Below, piece after piece: positions 12,676 to 25,314 of a stretch of 64,000 nt of DNA. Positions within the stretch are counted from its first letter, which is position 1. Each line of letters begins with the position of its first letter. The stretch is taken from the NCBI RefSeq assembly GCF_006345805.1, contig NC_043002.1, forward strand, positions 25,978,001-26,042,000, read 5' to 3'. The translations under genes were made by a program, and so were the position numbers. The notes beneath the pieces were generated by a model. The model did no database searches and was not told the origin of the DNA. It was given only the letters and a program-made list of their open reading frames with translations. Origin of the DNA: Octopus sinensis. Its lineage: Eukaryota.

Positions 12676-12698
12676 CTGAAAAGATAAAAAGAAAGACA
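12676..12698 (-). promoter_or_regulatory. Candidate 3' splice acceptor opening the GPCR coding exon (about 236 nt of 5' UTR)
   Basis: Minus strand reads gtctttctttttatcttttCAG|ttgtc, a polypyrimidine tract plus CAG, 236 nt upstream of the ATG at 12439. Confidence 0.5.
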
Positions 12699-13329
12699 GC
12701 ATTAATTAATTGATAATTAATTGCTAAACATTTGGTATAAAGCCATACATTTTGAGGAAAGGTTATAGTCGTTTATATGTAAGTGCTGGCTTAGCTATAT
12801 GGTTAAGACGTTCGTTTCTCAACTACGTGGTTTTGGGTCCAATCCCACTGCATGGGACCTTAAATAAACGGCTTCTACTTCAGCAACGGATCGATCAAAT
12901 CGACTGGAATTTGGTTGACAGAAACTGAGTGGATTCCTAACTTTTGGGATGCTTTAATGGAATCGACTCTATTTCAAGTTTCAGGTCTTTTCTCCAGCAG
13001 TCAGAGTTTATCTTCCTACTCCCTAACCATTCTCAAGGTTCTAAAAGTGTTCACGAGTGCTATTATTCCTTCACTGTGTAAACCAATAAGAAAAAAAAAA
13101 GAAAATTAAAAAAGCTAGTAAGAAAGTTAAATTCGATTGCTAATTCTTGACCGTTTTTTTGTTTTAGAATATTTAGGATAGAAAGCGAAGTCGATCATAG
13201 GGCGTTGGTAATTCAGAATATTCACCTACACCTGGATACGTCTTAGGCAACAACAACTCTCTGCTGCAGTGGTCCATGGTGTCTCGAAATAATTAATTTA
13301 AAAACTTACAGGTGGTGCTATTGATAATG

Positions 13330-13920
13330 GACGAGTATCTCAAGTAAATTATAATAATTTAGAGTAAAGTGAATTTGAAATCTTATAACGGTGATTAGGT
13401 AGCATGTCCGTACACTGAGTATTCCGTCATCAGACACAAGATATGTATGAAAATTCCAGATAGGAAAATTCTCCTTTCTCTTCTATCTACTCACTCACAA
13501 CCCACTTCTGTCTATCTTGCCTATCTTTCTCACTCTATATACCCATTTACACTTAATCCATTACTTCAACATGAACCCATCATTCAAAATACTGCTAAAA
13601 TACTGCTTGGATATACCTGGGATTATACCTAAGGGCCCGTACCTTCACGGAAGTACGGACCAATCTCCATACCTCCTAGAAAAAGATGAACTGTGAACTT
13701 TATTTGCCTGTCCATCTATTTTTACTCTTTATCTACTTTATTTCTCATAAACTGCAAATTTTCCTATCTGGAACTTTCATACATACTCACCTTGCCTCTG
13801 ATGACGGAATACCCGGTGTACAGACATGCTAACCTACCACTTGGGATATCCTAGGAACAGCTGTAAGACTTTAAATTCACCTTACCCTAAGTTATTAAAA
13901 ATTGACTTGAGATACTCGTC
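13330..13920. repeat. Inverted repeat (13330-13468 / 13757-13920) with hammerhead remnants
   Basis: ctgatgacggaatac and gacttgagatactcgtcc are present in both orientations. Confidence 0.8.
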
Positions 13921-13953
13921 CTGCCTTGGTTTGTGTTGTCCTTTTCCTCTAAC

Positions 13954-14001
<48 letters not shown>

Positions 14002-14009
14002 CTTTACTA

Positions 14010-14331
<322 letters not shown>

Positions 14332-14345
14332 ATATGATTGATTGA

Positions 14346-15845
14346 TTGATTCTAGTTTCAGCTTATGAGCTGTGGCCATGCTGGGGCACCGCCATTTGGT
14401 GTTGCTACTTGGTTTCACTTCATAGAGGCTTTCTAGCAACTGCTATTTGGTGCATGAGAGAGTTCGATGCAGCTGCCCTCATCTGCCCCTCCTGCCTTGA
14501 AGTTGGTTCATCTGGGACACCTGACAGGAAGAGATCCAGCTTCATTTTAAAGACATATGTATCCACCCCATGCAGGTCTCTCAGGTTCTTCGGGAGGATA
14601 TTGAAGAGCTGTGGGCCTCGGAAGCCCAGGCTATCACAGAATCTTGTCCTACATCTTGATGGCAGGTTTGGAGTCCTAGGCACCACGCAGTGGCGCCCAG
14701 TTCTGGCATTTGCGTAACTCTCGATGCCAAAGTTCAGGACACTTCCCTCCAGGATCTTCCAGATGTATATTATGGCATATCTTTCCCGCCTACGCTCCAG
14801 GGAATATAGTTTTAATCTCTTGAGTCTTTCCAGTAGCTTACATTCTGCATAGAGGCTATCTTCTTTGTGTAGCTTCGTTGGATCGCCTCAAGTCTGTGAT
14901 CAACTTGACACTGGATGGTGACCATAGCTGAGAGCAATAGTCAAAGTGGCTTAGGACAAGTGTCTTCCAGAGGACCATCATGGTTTCTTGTTCTCTTGTT
15001 CTAAAGGTTCTAAGAATTCATCCAGCCAGCCGTCTACATTTCATTGTCAGTTTAGCAACATGTACATGAAAGGTCGCGTCATCACTCATGTGAATACCCA
15101 GGTCACGCACTGATTGTGCCTCTGGGATTGCAATCCCTCCGGGTCCAGTGTATTCATTGGGTATTGCATTCAGTTTTGCATGCTGATAGTATAAAGCTTG
15201 AAACTTTCCAGCATTGAACTGCATGCTATTCTTTTCAGCCCACTTGTATATTTCGTCCAGCTCACATTGAAGGTGTTTAGTGTCCTCAGGGTTCTGTATT
15301 GCCTGTGAAACTTTTGTATCATCTGCATAACTTGTGATCGTGGCTCTCTGCGTGGCTGAGGGCATGTCTGAGAGGGCCATTATGAACAGTAGTGATCCCA
15401 GAACAGTGCCCTGCGGAACACCGCTCACTATTTGTGTGTTAATGGAGGTGGCCCCATTGGCTACTACCACCTGACTTCTATCCTTCAGAAAGTCATGAAG
15501 CCATTCTCCCAGTGTTCCAACTATGTTGAGATCACGCAGTTTGTGACATATCATTCCATGATCGACTTTATCAAAGGCCTTTGCAAAGTCGAGATATATC
15601 ACTTCCACATTTAAGTGGTTGAGCAGCCGTTTCAGCACCCAGTCATAGTGTTGTAGGAGCTGAGTTAAACAGCTTCTCCCTGGTCGGAAACCATGTTGGG
15701 TGTCGGGCAGCAAGTCATTCTCTTCAAGGAAGGTGATCAGCTTCCTTCTGACTATTCGTTCCATGACCTTGCTGATGTGTGAGGTCAGAGAGATAGGTCT
15801 ATAGTTCTTGGCTTCCGCTCTGCTACCTCCTTTATGAATGGGGCA
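14346..15845 (-). mobile_element. CR1/L2-group LINE, 5'-truncated, RT domain to 3' tail
   Basis: ORF 15018-15764 has QHGFRPGRSC, YLDFAKAFDKVDH, SGVPQG and YADDTK. Frameshifted C-terminal segments run to 14420, followed by a 3' hairpin and an (AATC)-like tail. Confidence 0.95.
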
Positions 15846-15934
<89 letters not shown>

Positions 15935-15935
<1 letters not shown>

Positions 15936-16149
15936 TTCTGTAGGATTAACGTAATAAGGATATCATTTCGAAGTGATAGGTATGTAAGAAATACATATAA
16001 GAATATAAAGGTACACAAGAAATATAAGCAGTGAATTCCAGCAGCATGTGAATAGCTCATCTAAGCAGATCTTCGTCAACTTCAGATCATCAATCTTGGT
16101 TGATTAGTTGAAAGAGCTGTAATATAAATTATTTTGCATTCCTTCCTTC

Positions 16150-16181
<32 letters not shown>

Positions 16182-18010
16182 TGTATGTATGTATGTATGT
16201 ATGTATGTATGTATGAATTTATGTATGTATGTATGTATGTATGTATGTATGTATGTATGTATGTATGTATGTATGTATGTATGTATGTATGCAGAAATCA
16301 TGTAAATAATATACATATACATTTGTCAACATACAAATATACATATTTGTGCGTGTGTGTGCATGTTTGAGCGCGCGTGCGTATAAGTGCGTGTGTGTGT
16401 GCGTGCGTGTGAGTATGTGTATACTACTCATTCGCAGAGTTTCGTTTACTAAATTTCACTTGGTAGTGACCCAGAAGTTATTGCCAATGACAGTTCAAAC
16501 CAGGGATCAGTGTAGGTACGAAGTGAAATTCAAGCAAAAAGTAAAACTTCATAGAAATTAATTTATTATTAGATATACATATTTATATAAATAAAACTAA
16601 CCTCTGCTTTCATCTTAAATTCAAATGAAATCTATATTTTAAGAGAGCTCTTTAAACAAATTTGAAATGGAAGTTTTTGCTCCGTTTCCATTTCTATCTT
16701 TTGCATAAATTCACGAAGAGGGAGAAAAACAAACGAACAAAAGACAAAAAATATCAAAACAAAAAAGAAAAAAAACACAAACAAGCGAACAAACAGAACA
16801 CTGTGTGATCTTACATCTCTGTAGGATACAAACAGTGTAATTAAAGCGAATTGTTTAAACAGGCAATCGTAATAGTATCGGTGACCAAATTTATCGAAAG
16901 CTTAGATCTTGCTCTGCATCACATGCTACTGGCTATTAAATTACTCTTATATGATATCCAAGTATTTATAACGAAAGATATTTCTAAGAAAAATAATTAA
17001 ATAGATGTTATAAATAACTCATGAACAATATTGATTTCTTCATCTCTTTTTCTCTTTTTTAGTTGTATTTGTTATCTTTATTCCGTACTAAAATTCGTTA
17101 TTGAAACAAAATTGTTGCAGACGGAGTGATTTTCAGCTATTCGTTTATGTATGATACAAACATTTTTTTGTGTTTGTTTTGGATCTTTACGTTCTGAGTT
17201 CAAATCCCGTCGAAATTTGCTTTTCATCTTTCCTAAGTTAATAAACAAATTAAGCCTTAAATATTGCAGTCATATTCTTTCTTTCTTTTTTTTTTTGACA
17301 ATCTCCCTTCTCACAAATTTTTTGGACGAATCCCTATATAAGAAACAATTACAATTATGAATTATTGTGTATAAATTTATTCTCTTCAAAAGTTCATTAT
17401 TAAAGAGCGTGGCAGAATACCTTGCAGTAATTACGTTCAATTTTTTTCTTTCTTCATTCAAATCCTGGCAATGTCGACTATAGTTTCTTTTCATCTGAGG
17501 TTGATTAATTAAATTCCAGACCTGAACTTAAATCACCATCGTAAACTGTCTTAGAAAATATTATTAATTATATAATTTCATTTGAATAAGTCAAGAGTAA
17601 AATTTGAAGAACTAAATATAAATTCATATTAAATCTATGATTTTATTTTATAACTTCTTCACTGATGCACGAAATATATAAGAATCTAATTTCAAACAAC
17701 GTAGAGTAAAAAACGTTATTTGGAAAACAGATATATTACGATTTGTTTAATTTCCTGTTTACCATTCGAGAACGACCTTTCCTGGAAACCAGTAGAAGGA
17801 ATGAATGCAAAATAATTTATATTACAGCTCTTTAAACTAATCAACCAAGATTGATGATCTGAAGTTGACGAAGATTTGCTTAGATGAGCTATTCACATGC
17901 TGCTGGAATCCACTACTTATATTTCTTACGTACCTTTATATTCTTATATGTATTTCTTATATATCTATCACTTCAAAATGATATCCTTATTATGTTAATC
18001 CTACAGAAAT
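15935..18010. repeat. Inverted repeat pair, ~215 bp arms (15935-16148, 17793-18010), ~1.65 kb apart
   Basis: cttcgtcaacttcagatcatcaatcttggttgattag versus ctaatcaaccaagattgatgatctgaagttgacgaag, extended on both sides. Confidence 0.9.
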
Positions 18011-18508
18011 AGCATTCAGAATTCAGTGCAGTTTTATAGGCATATCCAATTAAATCTATTGTGGTGTTCATTCCACGCAGAGTTAGATGGATATAATATT
18101 CACATGGAATTCTGCCATTATTTCTAATTATTAGCATAACTATAGGTGGTAAGGTAGCACAAGCGTTAGAGTAATGGAAAATACCTTGTCGCATTTCACG
18201 TTCCGAGTTTAAATTCCAATGAAGTTAACATTGCCTTTCATCCTTTCGAGGCAGATAAATTGTATTATATATCTCATGAATCACACACACCAAATCACAT
18301 ACAACCATACAACCCATTTTAAAAAAAGGGAACAACATTAGATCATGTAATCCTTGACACGACAACTACTATGCTAGATGTACACGTGAATAAAGGACCC
18401 CATAGATAGTTACCTGATTTGGTAGAACTAGCAAATTCAGTTATCTAAAGTGAGAAACTAACATATTAAGAGTTTGCATTGGACATACACACTATATATA
18501 TATAATTT

Positions 18509-18691
18509 TTTTTCGTAATGAGATAAAAAACCAAAGCTCAGTAAATTTTAGAACATTTATAGATAGAAGGTCTTACACCTGTTTCAGGATATTTATTATA
18601 TCACTTTATCCTGGAAACAGCTTTAAAACTTTCTATCTATAAACGTCCTAAAATCTACTCGGCCTTGGTTTTTTTATCCCATTACAAAAAA
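18509..18691. repeat. ~180 bp fold-back centred on two hammerhead 3' halves
   Basis: taatgagataaaaaaccaaag...atagatagaagg versus ctttctatctata...ttggtttttttatcccatta. Confidence 0.8.
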
Positions 18692-18873
18692 GACAAAAAC
18701 ACAATTATATACACACGGTGACATATGACCAACGTTGAATCCCTTATTCGCAAAATCACCGAACTTGGAACTTAACTATGGTCTATCTATAGCACTTATT
18801 CAGTATTGTCTGGCACCTTTGGATCTCAATGACACCATTACCTCTTATAATCTCTCTTTCTCTCTCTCTAAAT

Positions 18874-18904
<31 letters not shown>

Positions 18905-18909
18905 AATAT

Positions 18910-19248
18910 GAAGGCGCATGGCTCAGTGGTTAGAGCGTCGAGCTTACGATCGTGAGGTTGTGAGCGCGAATCCCGGACCGGGCTGCGTGTTGTGTTCTTG
19001 AGCAAGGCACTTTATTTCACGTTGTTCCGGTTCACTCAGCTGTAGAAATGAGTTGCGACGTCACTGGTACCAAGCTGTATCGACCTTTGTCTTTCCCTTG
19101 GATAACACTGGTGGTGTGGAGAGGGGAGGCTGGTATGCATGGGCGACTGCTGGTCTTCCATAAAAACAACCTTGCCCGGACTTGTGTCTAGGAGGGTAAC
19201 TTTCTAGGTGCAATCCCATGGTCATTCATGACCGAAGGGGGTCTTTAT
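18910..19248 (+). mobile_element. tRNA-derived CORE-like SINE family C
   Basis: A box tggctcagtgg, then ttcttgagcaaggcactttatttcacg...cagctgtagaaatgag (CORE-like). Decayed copies at ~7410-7700, ~62012-62250 and ~63510-63717 (-). Confidence 0.75.
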
Positions 19249-19249
19249 T

Positions 19250-19349
19250 ATAAATAATATATATATATATATATATAATATATATATATAATATTATATA
19301 TATATAATATAGATATATATAATATATAATATAAATATATATATATATA

Positions 19350-19380
<31 letters not shown>

Positions 19381-19433
19381 CTATATATATATATATAGAT
19401 ATATATATATAATATATATAATATATATATATA

Positions 19434-19465
<32 letters not shown>

Positions 19466-19505
19466 ATATATATATATATATATATATTATATTATATATA
19501 TAAAT

Positions 19506-19538
<33 letters not shown>

Positions 19539-19617
19539 ATATACATATATATAAATATATAATATATATATATATATATTATATATATATAATAATATAT
19601 ATATATATATATAAAAT

Positions 19618-19661
<44 letters not shown>

Positions 19662-19973
19662 TATATATATAAATATATATATATATATCTATATATATAT
19701 ATATATATAAATATATATATATATAAATATATATATATAATATATATATAATATATATATAAATATATATATATAATTATATATATCTATATATAATATA
19801 TATATATATATAAATATATATATATAACATATAAATATATATATATATATAAATATATATAGATATATATAATATATATATAAATATATATATATAATAT
19901 AATATAATATATATATATATAATATATAATATAAATATATATATAGATATAAATATATATATATATATATTAT

Positions 19974-20040
<67 letters not shown>

Positions 20041-20095
20041 TTATATATAAATATATATATATATATTATATAAATATTATATATAAATATATTAT

Positions 20096-20127
<32 letters not shown>

Positions 20128-20149
20128 TATATATAATATATATAAATAT

Positions 20150-20180
<31 letters not shown>

Positions 20181-20259
20181 ATAATATATATATATACATA
20201 TAAATATATATATATAAATATATATATAATATATATAATATATATATATAGATATAAAT

Positions 20260-20290
<31 letters not shown>

Positions 20291-20487
20291 AATATATATA
20301 TAATTATATATATATATAAATATATATATATATAATATATATTATATATATATATAATATATTATATAAAATATATATATATAAATATATATATATAAAT
20401 ATATATATAATATATTATATATATATATATTATATATATATAAATATATATATATATTATAATATATATATATAAATATATATATAT

Positions 20488-20527
<40 letters not shown>

Positions 20528-20530
20528 TAT
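19250..20530. repeat. ~1.3 kb degenerate (TA)n block, almost free of G/C
   Basis: Direct reading. Confidence 0.95.
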
Positions 20531-21304
20531 TTATTTTAATGTACACTGTTAAAATAGGGGTTACTAAAAGTTTCTTGCCATTTAGACACTGCGTTAGGCA
20601 GATTTTTATAATGTGCTTTGTGGTTTCCAAGCCATCTCCAGTCTCTAGACACATGGTGTGTTCTATTTGAAAAACAAGACACTGGCACATGAGAAAACAG
20701 GTGGAAAATTGAGAAGTGTGATGCAAAAAGTGGAATGAGAAGACAAAAGGTAAAAAAAAAAATGGAAGAAAGAGTATAAGAGTTACTTCTCTATTGACTG
20801 TAGAAATAATTAAATAGATGATGCAGAACAATTCAGCATTAAAATATTCAATACACGCATTTAGGTAAACAAGTGAGTATGGTGTTCATAGCAGTTAAAA
20901 ATATATCTCTTGACATCTAAATATATGGAAAGCGTGTGACCGGAAATATTTTGATTATTGCGTGATCACAGCAGACTTGGGTTAAACGCTATGTACACAC
21001 TTGGTATATAGAAAGGATTCTTATTGAAACTCATTTAAATATACTTTGGTAAGATAAATGCACGAATCATATGCATTACTATAATATATTGTTTTATTGG
21101 TTTATTATTATAATATTTCTACAGGAAGAGGGATGATATGGCAGAATCTGCTGCCTGAAGGACAAACTATCTTGCGTTGCTGACGTTCTGGTTTCAAATG
21201 CTAGAAAGATGAATTATTTTCCCCTTCAACCCTCCCGGAGTCAGTAAAATAAGTGCCAGTGAATTAGTGTTTCGTTATAATCGAGTGCAAACTTTCCCTG
21301 AAAT

Positions 21305-21660
21305 GTTAGTTAGTTAGTTAGTTAATTTGGCTCAAAAGCAAATAGCAAGGCCATGTAGGGGGACATGGAGTTAAGTACAGGGTGGTGTTCATGTAAAAAG
21401 TTCAGGCCACTTGAGGTCCAGGGAGGCTTTGAACAAAGCGGTCGTCGGCATCTTCACCATCTCGTCTGGCAGCTTGTTCCACGGATCCGCAACCCGGACG
21501 GAGGTGGTATTGCGCCTATGATCGAAATCAATATTTGCTTTTAGGGAATGAGGTGGATTGAAAGAACTAATTGTGTAATGGGAAAATGTTTCGCTGAATT
21601 TAATTGCTTTCCTGTAGCTTCCGAGATCAAGCTTCACCAAGTTCAATAAGATATTTTTCA
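21305..21660 (-). mobile_element. CR1-type LINE 3' end, different family, with (TAAC)n tail
   Basis: RRNTTSVRVADPWNKLPDEMVKMPTTALFKASLD resembles the CR1 ORF2 C-terminus (RR.FFS.RVV..WN.LP..V). The tail is gttagttagttag on the plus strand. Confidence 0.7.
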
Positions 21661-21711
21661 GTTGACCACTACTACAGTCTACCGTGTTTTCTCTGTCAAT
21701 ATTCCCTCATG

Positions 21712-22248
21712 GGTTCTGAGTTCAAATTCCGACGAGGTCGACATTACCTTTCATCCTTTCGGGGTCGATAAATTAAGTACCAGTTACGCACTGGGATCGA
21801 TGTAATCAACTTAATCCCTTTGTCTGTCCTTGTTTGTCCCCTCTGTGTTTAGCCCCTTGTGGACAATAAAGAAATAAGAAACTTTAGCACGCCTGGCGAA
21901 CTGCTTAGCGGTATTTCGTCGGAGTTCAAATTCCGCCGAGGTCGACTTTGCCTTTCATCCTTTCGTGGGCGAGTAAATAAGTACCAGTTACGCACTGGTG
22001 TCGATGTGATCGACTTAATCCGTTTGTCTGTCCTTGTTTGTCCTCTCTGTGTTTAGCCCCTTGTGGGTAGTAAAGAAATGGATATTTCGTCTGTCTGTAC
22101 GTTCTGAGTTCAAATTCCGCAGAGGTCAACTTTGCCTTTCATCCTTTCGGGGTCGATAAATTAAGTACCAGTTGCGTACTGGGGTCAATCTAATCGACTG
22201 GCCCCCTCCTCCAAAATTTCAGGCCTTGCGTCTAGAGTAGAAAAGAAT
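21712..22248 (+). mobile_element. Three tandem family A SINE units
   Basis: ctgagttcaaattccgccgaggtcgac...gtaccagttacgcactgg is repeated three times. Confidence 0.85.
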
Positions 22249-22961
22249 ATTCTCTCATGGGATTTGAATTGTGCGATTTTTACGTTTCATCGTTTCGAGT
22301 ACTCAAAATTATGGATATGGTACTGTGTTACTTGATGATAACACTTAAATATAAAGATATTCTTGCATATAATTAAGAGAAATGAATAAACATTATGGGC
22401 ACGTTGGAGCATGTGCAGGTACATGTATGATTTGGCAGTAGATAGAGACAAACCACTGTGTTATTATTAGACCTCTACGGCGAAGTAGCATCTTTATCAA
22501 TTCTGCAAAAAGAAGTTGACTCAAGCAATGCAATGCAAAACTTAAATAACAATAAGTATCTCCTTTGTTAAAAAATTTCGGCTTCTATGTATGTATGTAT
22601 GTATGTATGTATGTATGTATGTATTATGTATGTATGTATGTATGTATCTGTCTGTCTCTTTATACACACACACATATAGGACTGGTCAGTGGATCTAAGT
22701 AGAGGGCTGACCAAAGATTTGATTAGCCTCAGCTGGTGGGTCAATTAGGCAAGGGATTATAATGTTGGAACAACTGAAACCACATATGGCCTCAGCAACA
22801 ACATTGCTAATGCGTTCTAGTGCATCCAAGAGATGTAACACAGAAAACTTTTGAAACTTACACACACAGAGTCACACAATCTGTCCACTCAAGGAAACTG
22901 AATCCTCAACTTGTCCCATTTACCAAATGGTTTGCAAGGCACCAGTAGGTCATATTCACGT

Positions 22962-23004
<43 letters not shown>

Positions 23005-23007
23005 AAA

Positions 23008-23223
23008 AAGGCGAGCTAGCAGAATCGTTAGCACACGGATAAAATATTTAGCGGCATTTTGTCTTTCAATTCTGAATTCAAATTCCCTCGAGGTCGACTT
23101 TGCCTTTCATTATTTCGGGGAGGGGGCGTTCGATAAATTAAGTACCAGTTGCTTATTGGGGTCGATCTAATCGACTGACACCACCCCAAACATTTCGTGC
23201 CTTTTGCCTAGAGTAGAAAAAGA
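23008..23223 (+). mobile_element. Family A SINE
   Basis: Head ggcgagctagcagaatcgttagc and core present. Confidence 0.8.
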
Positions 23224-23889
23224 ATACATATGTTTGGTTTGATTTTGCTTTTTAATTGTACAATTCCCTCTCACACTCACGTTTCCTGTTACCATTTCAT
23301 CCACCATGTATTTTTGAATGTGTCTGCATTGCGTTGTGTGTGTGTCCGTGTGTCCGTGTGTGTGTATGTCCGTGTGTCCGTGTGTGTGTATGTGTATGTG
23401 TGTCCGCGTGCATGTGTGTGTGCATGTGTGTACATTTATATATGGATGGAGAATATATAATGCTTTTTATCTTCACTTCGTTCTCTCAATTCTTTCTTTC
23501 TTTCTTTCGGTACATATTTGTGCATGCCAATAGGTGTGCGTGCGCATTTGTTAGCTCTTCTCAACTGACCCCGGTTAAGAGCCAGTTTGGGAGGTCGGCC
23601 AGTTGTGTAACCTTGTCTATCCGACATCACGGTTAAATATCTTTCGTATCGTCTATATTTTCCACGTCTTAGAAACAAACTACATGTAGAGCAAACTGCA
23701 CAGTTATAGGCTTATATAGTATAGAGTACTTTCTCTCCCATTGGGCAAAACCAACTATTTTACACACATACAATCAACTGTATATATACTTATATGTATA
23801 CACACACACAGACACATATATATAAACATATACGAACAAACGTATATACATATGTACATACATACTTGAAGAACCATATCAAACTGTTT

Positions 23890-23956
<67 letters not shown>

Positions 23957-24034
23957 TATACAAAGAAAGAGGAAGAGAGAGAGAAAAACATGCTTTTGGT
24001 TTATTCAAATTGATTTTCAAAATACTTTACTACA

Positions 24035-24074
<40 letters not shown>

Positions 24075-24080
<6 letters not shown>

Positions 24081-24385
24081 TGTAACCACCGTGATCATCG
24101 TGACCGACCGGGTTATCAGATGTTACTACACATCGCTGGTCACAATACGCTTCGCATTGTTTTAGCCTTCAAATGACGCCACCCAGCTGGCTAAGCGAGC
24201 AGGCTAACAGAAGAAAGAGTGAGAGGAAGTTGTGGCAAAAGAGTACAGCAGAGATCGCCACCACCCCTACCAGAGTGTCGTGGAGCTTTAGGTGGTTTCA
24301 CTCAATAAACACTCACAACGCCCAGTCTGGAAATCGAAACCGCGATCCTACAACCGCGAGTCCGCTGCCCTAACCACTGCACCAT
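24075..24385 (-). mobile_element. SINE family B
   Basis: Collinear with 57257-57548. Confidence 0.85.
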
Positions 24386-24505
24386 TACATATATTACATA
24401 TATACACACATATATGTATACATATATGCTCTTAGGAGCATAGTTCGATTTGTTTTTGCTCAGCCTCTGTTCTGTTTTTGTTTTTCCAGCGGATTTCCTT
24501 TTTTC

Positions 24506-24585
24506 TTCCTGAAGAGAAAGACACAATATGGTCCCATTATTCAATCGGATTTTGGTAATTTGTGCCTTTCGAAACACGTGTAGAA
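24506..24585 (+). ncRNA. Type I hammerhead ribozyme motif, canonical core
   Basis: uuc-CUGAAGA-gaaag.acacaa...uugug.cuuuc-GAAAC-ACGU-GUA-gaa. Stem II is 5+5 bp, stem III ACACGUGU is palindromic and stem I is 3 bp. Confidence 0.75.
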
Positions 24586-24798
24586 TGAAATAAAACGATT
24601 TCTGTTCAATCTGCGTTCAGCTCCATTTCTTCAATTCACCAATAATGTTTTAACTTCAATTATCCGCACCAACGCACGGTTGCAACGCCAGATGGTTGTA
24701 CCTCCAACCGTGCTGTTTACTGCTGTGATTTTTGCTACTAAGGTATCGGTTAAACTTTTGATTAATCTACTACAAGATTATTGATCTTTCTATTTCAC

Positions 24799-24865
<67 letters not shown>

Positions 24866-24998
24866 TATATATATATACACATATATATATATTGTTAATA
24901 CAAACAAGAAAACACAAAAAACAAAAAAACACAACAATGCGAGGACGTGGAACAAATAAAGTATTATTGGACGTTCAGGAAAGAAGGGAAGAAGGAGG

Positions 24999-25033
24999 GT
25001 TTAACGTTTCGAGCGGAGCTCTTCGTCGGAAAC
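24999..25033 (-). ncRNA. Minimal hammerhead-like variant (35 nt)
   Basis: guuu-CCGACGAA-gagc(ucc)gcuc-GAAAC-GUU-aaac, with U4C and an extra A after A9. Confidence 0.55.
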
Positions 25034-25227
25034 ATAGGAGAAGGAAAGATCCCGAGAAGGGAAGACAGAGGAAAAAAATCGCCAGCGGTACTCACGAGGT
25101 CACATATTGTAAAAAAAATATATTACACACACACACACACATACACACACATATATCTGTATGTATGAATACATATGTGTATGTACATATATATAAATAT
25201 ATATATATAAATATATAATATAAATAA

Positions 25228-25314
<87 letters not shown>

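Noticed and set aside
23436-23678. ORF with MSDR...GRPP as an RTE C-terminus
   Set aside because: The resemblance is too weak to call by eye.
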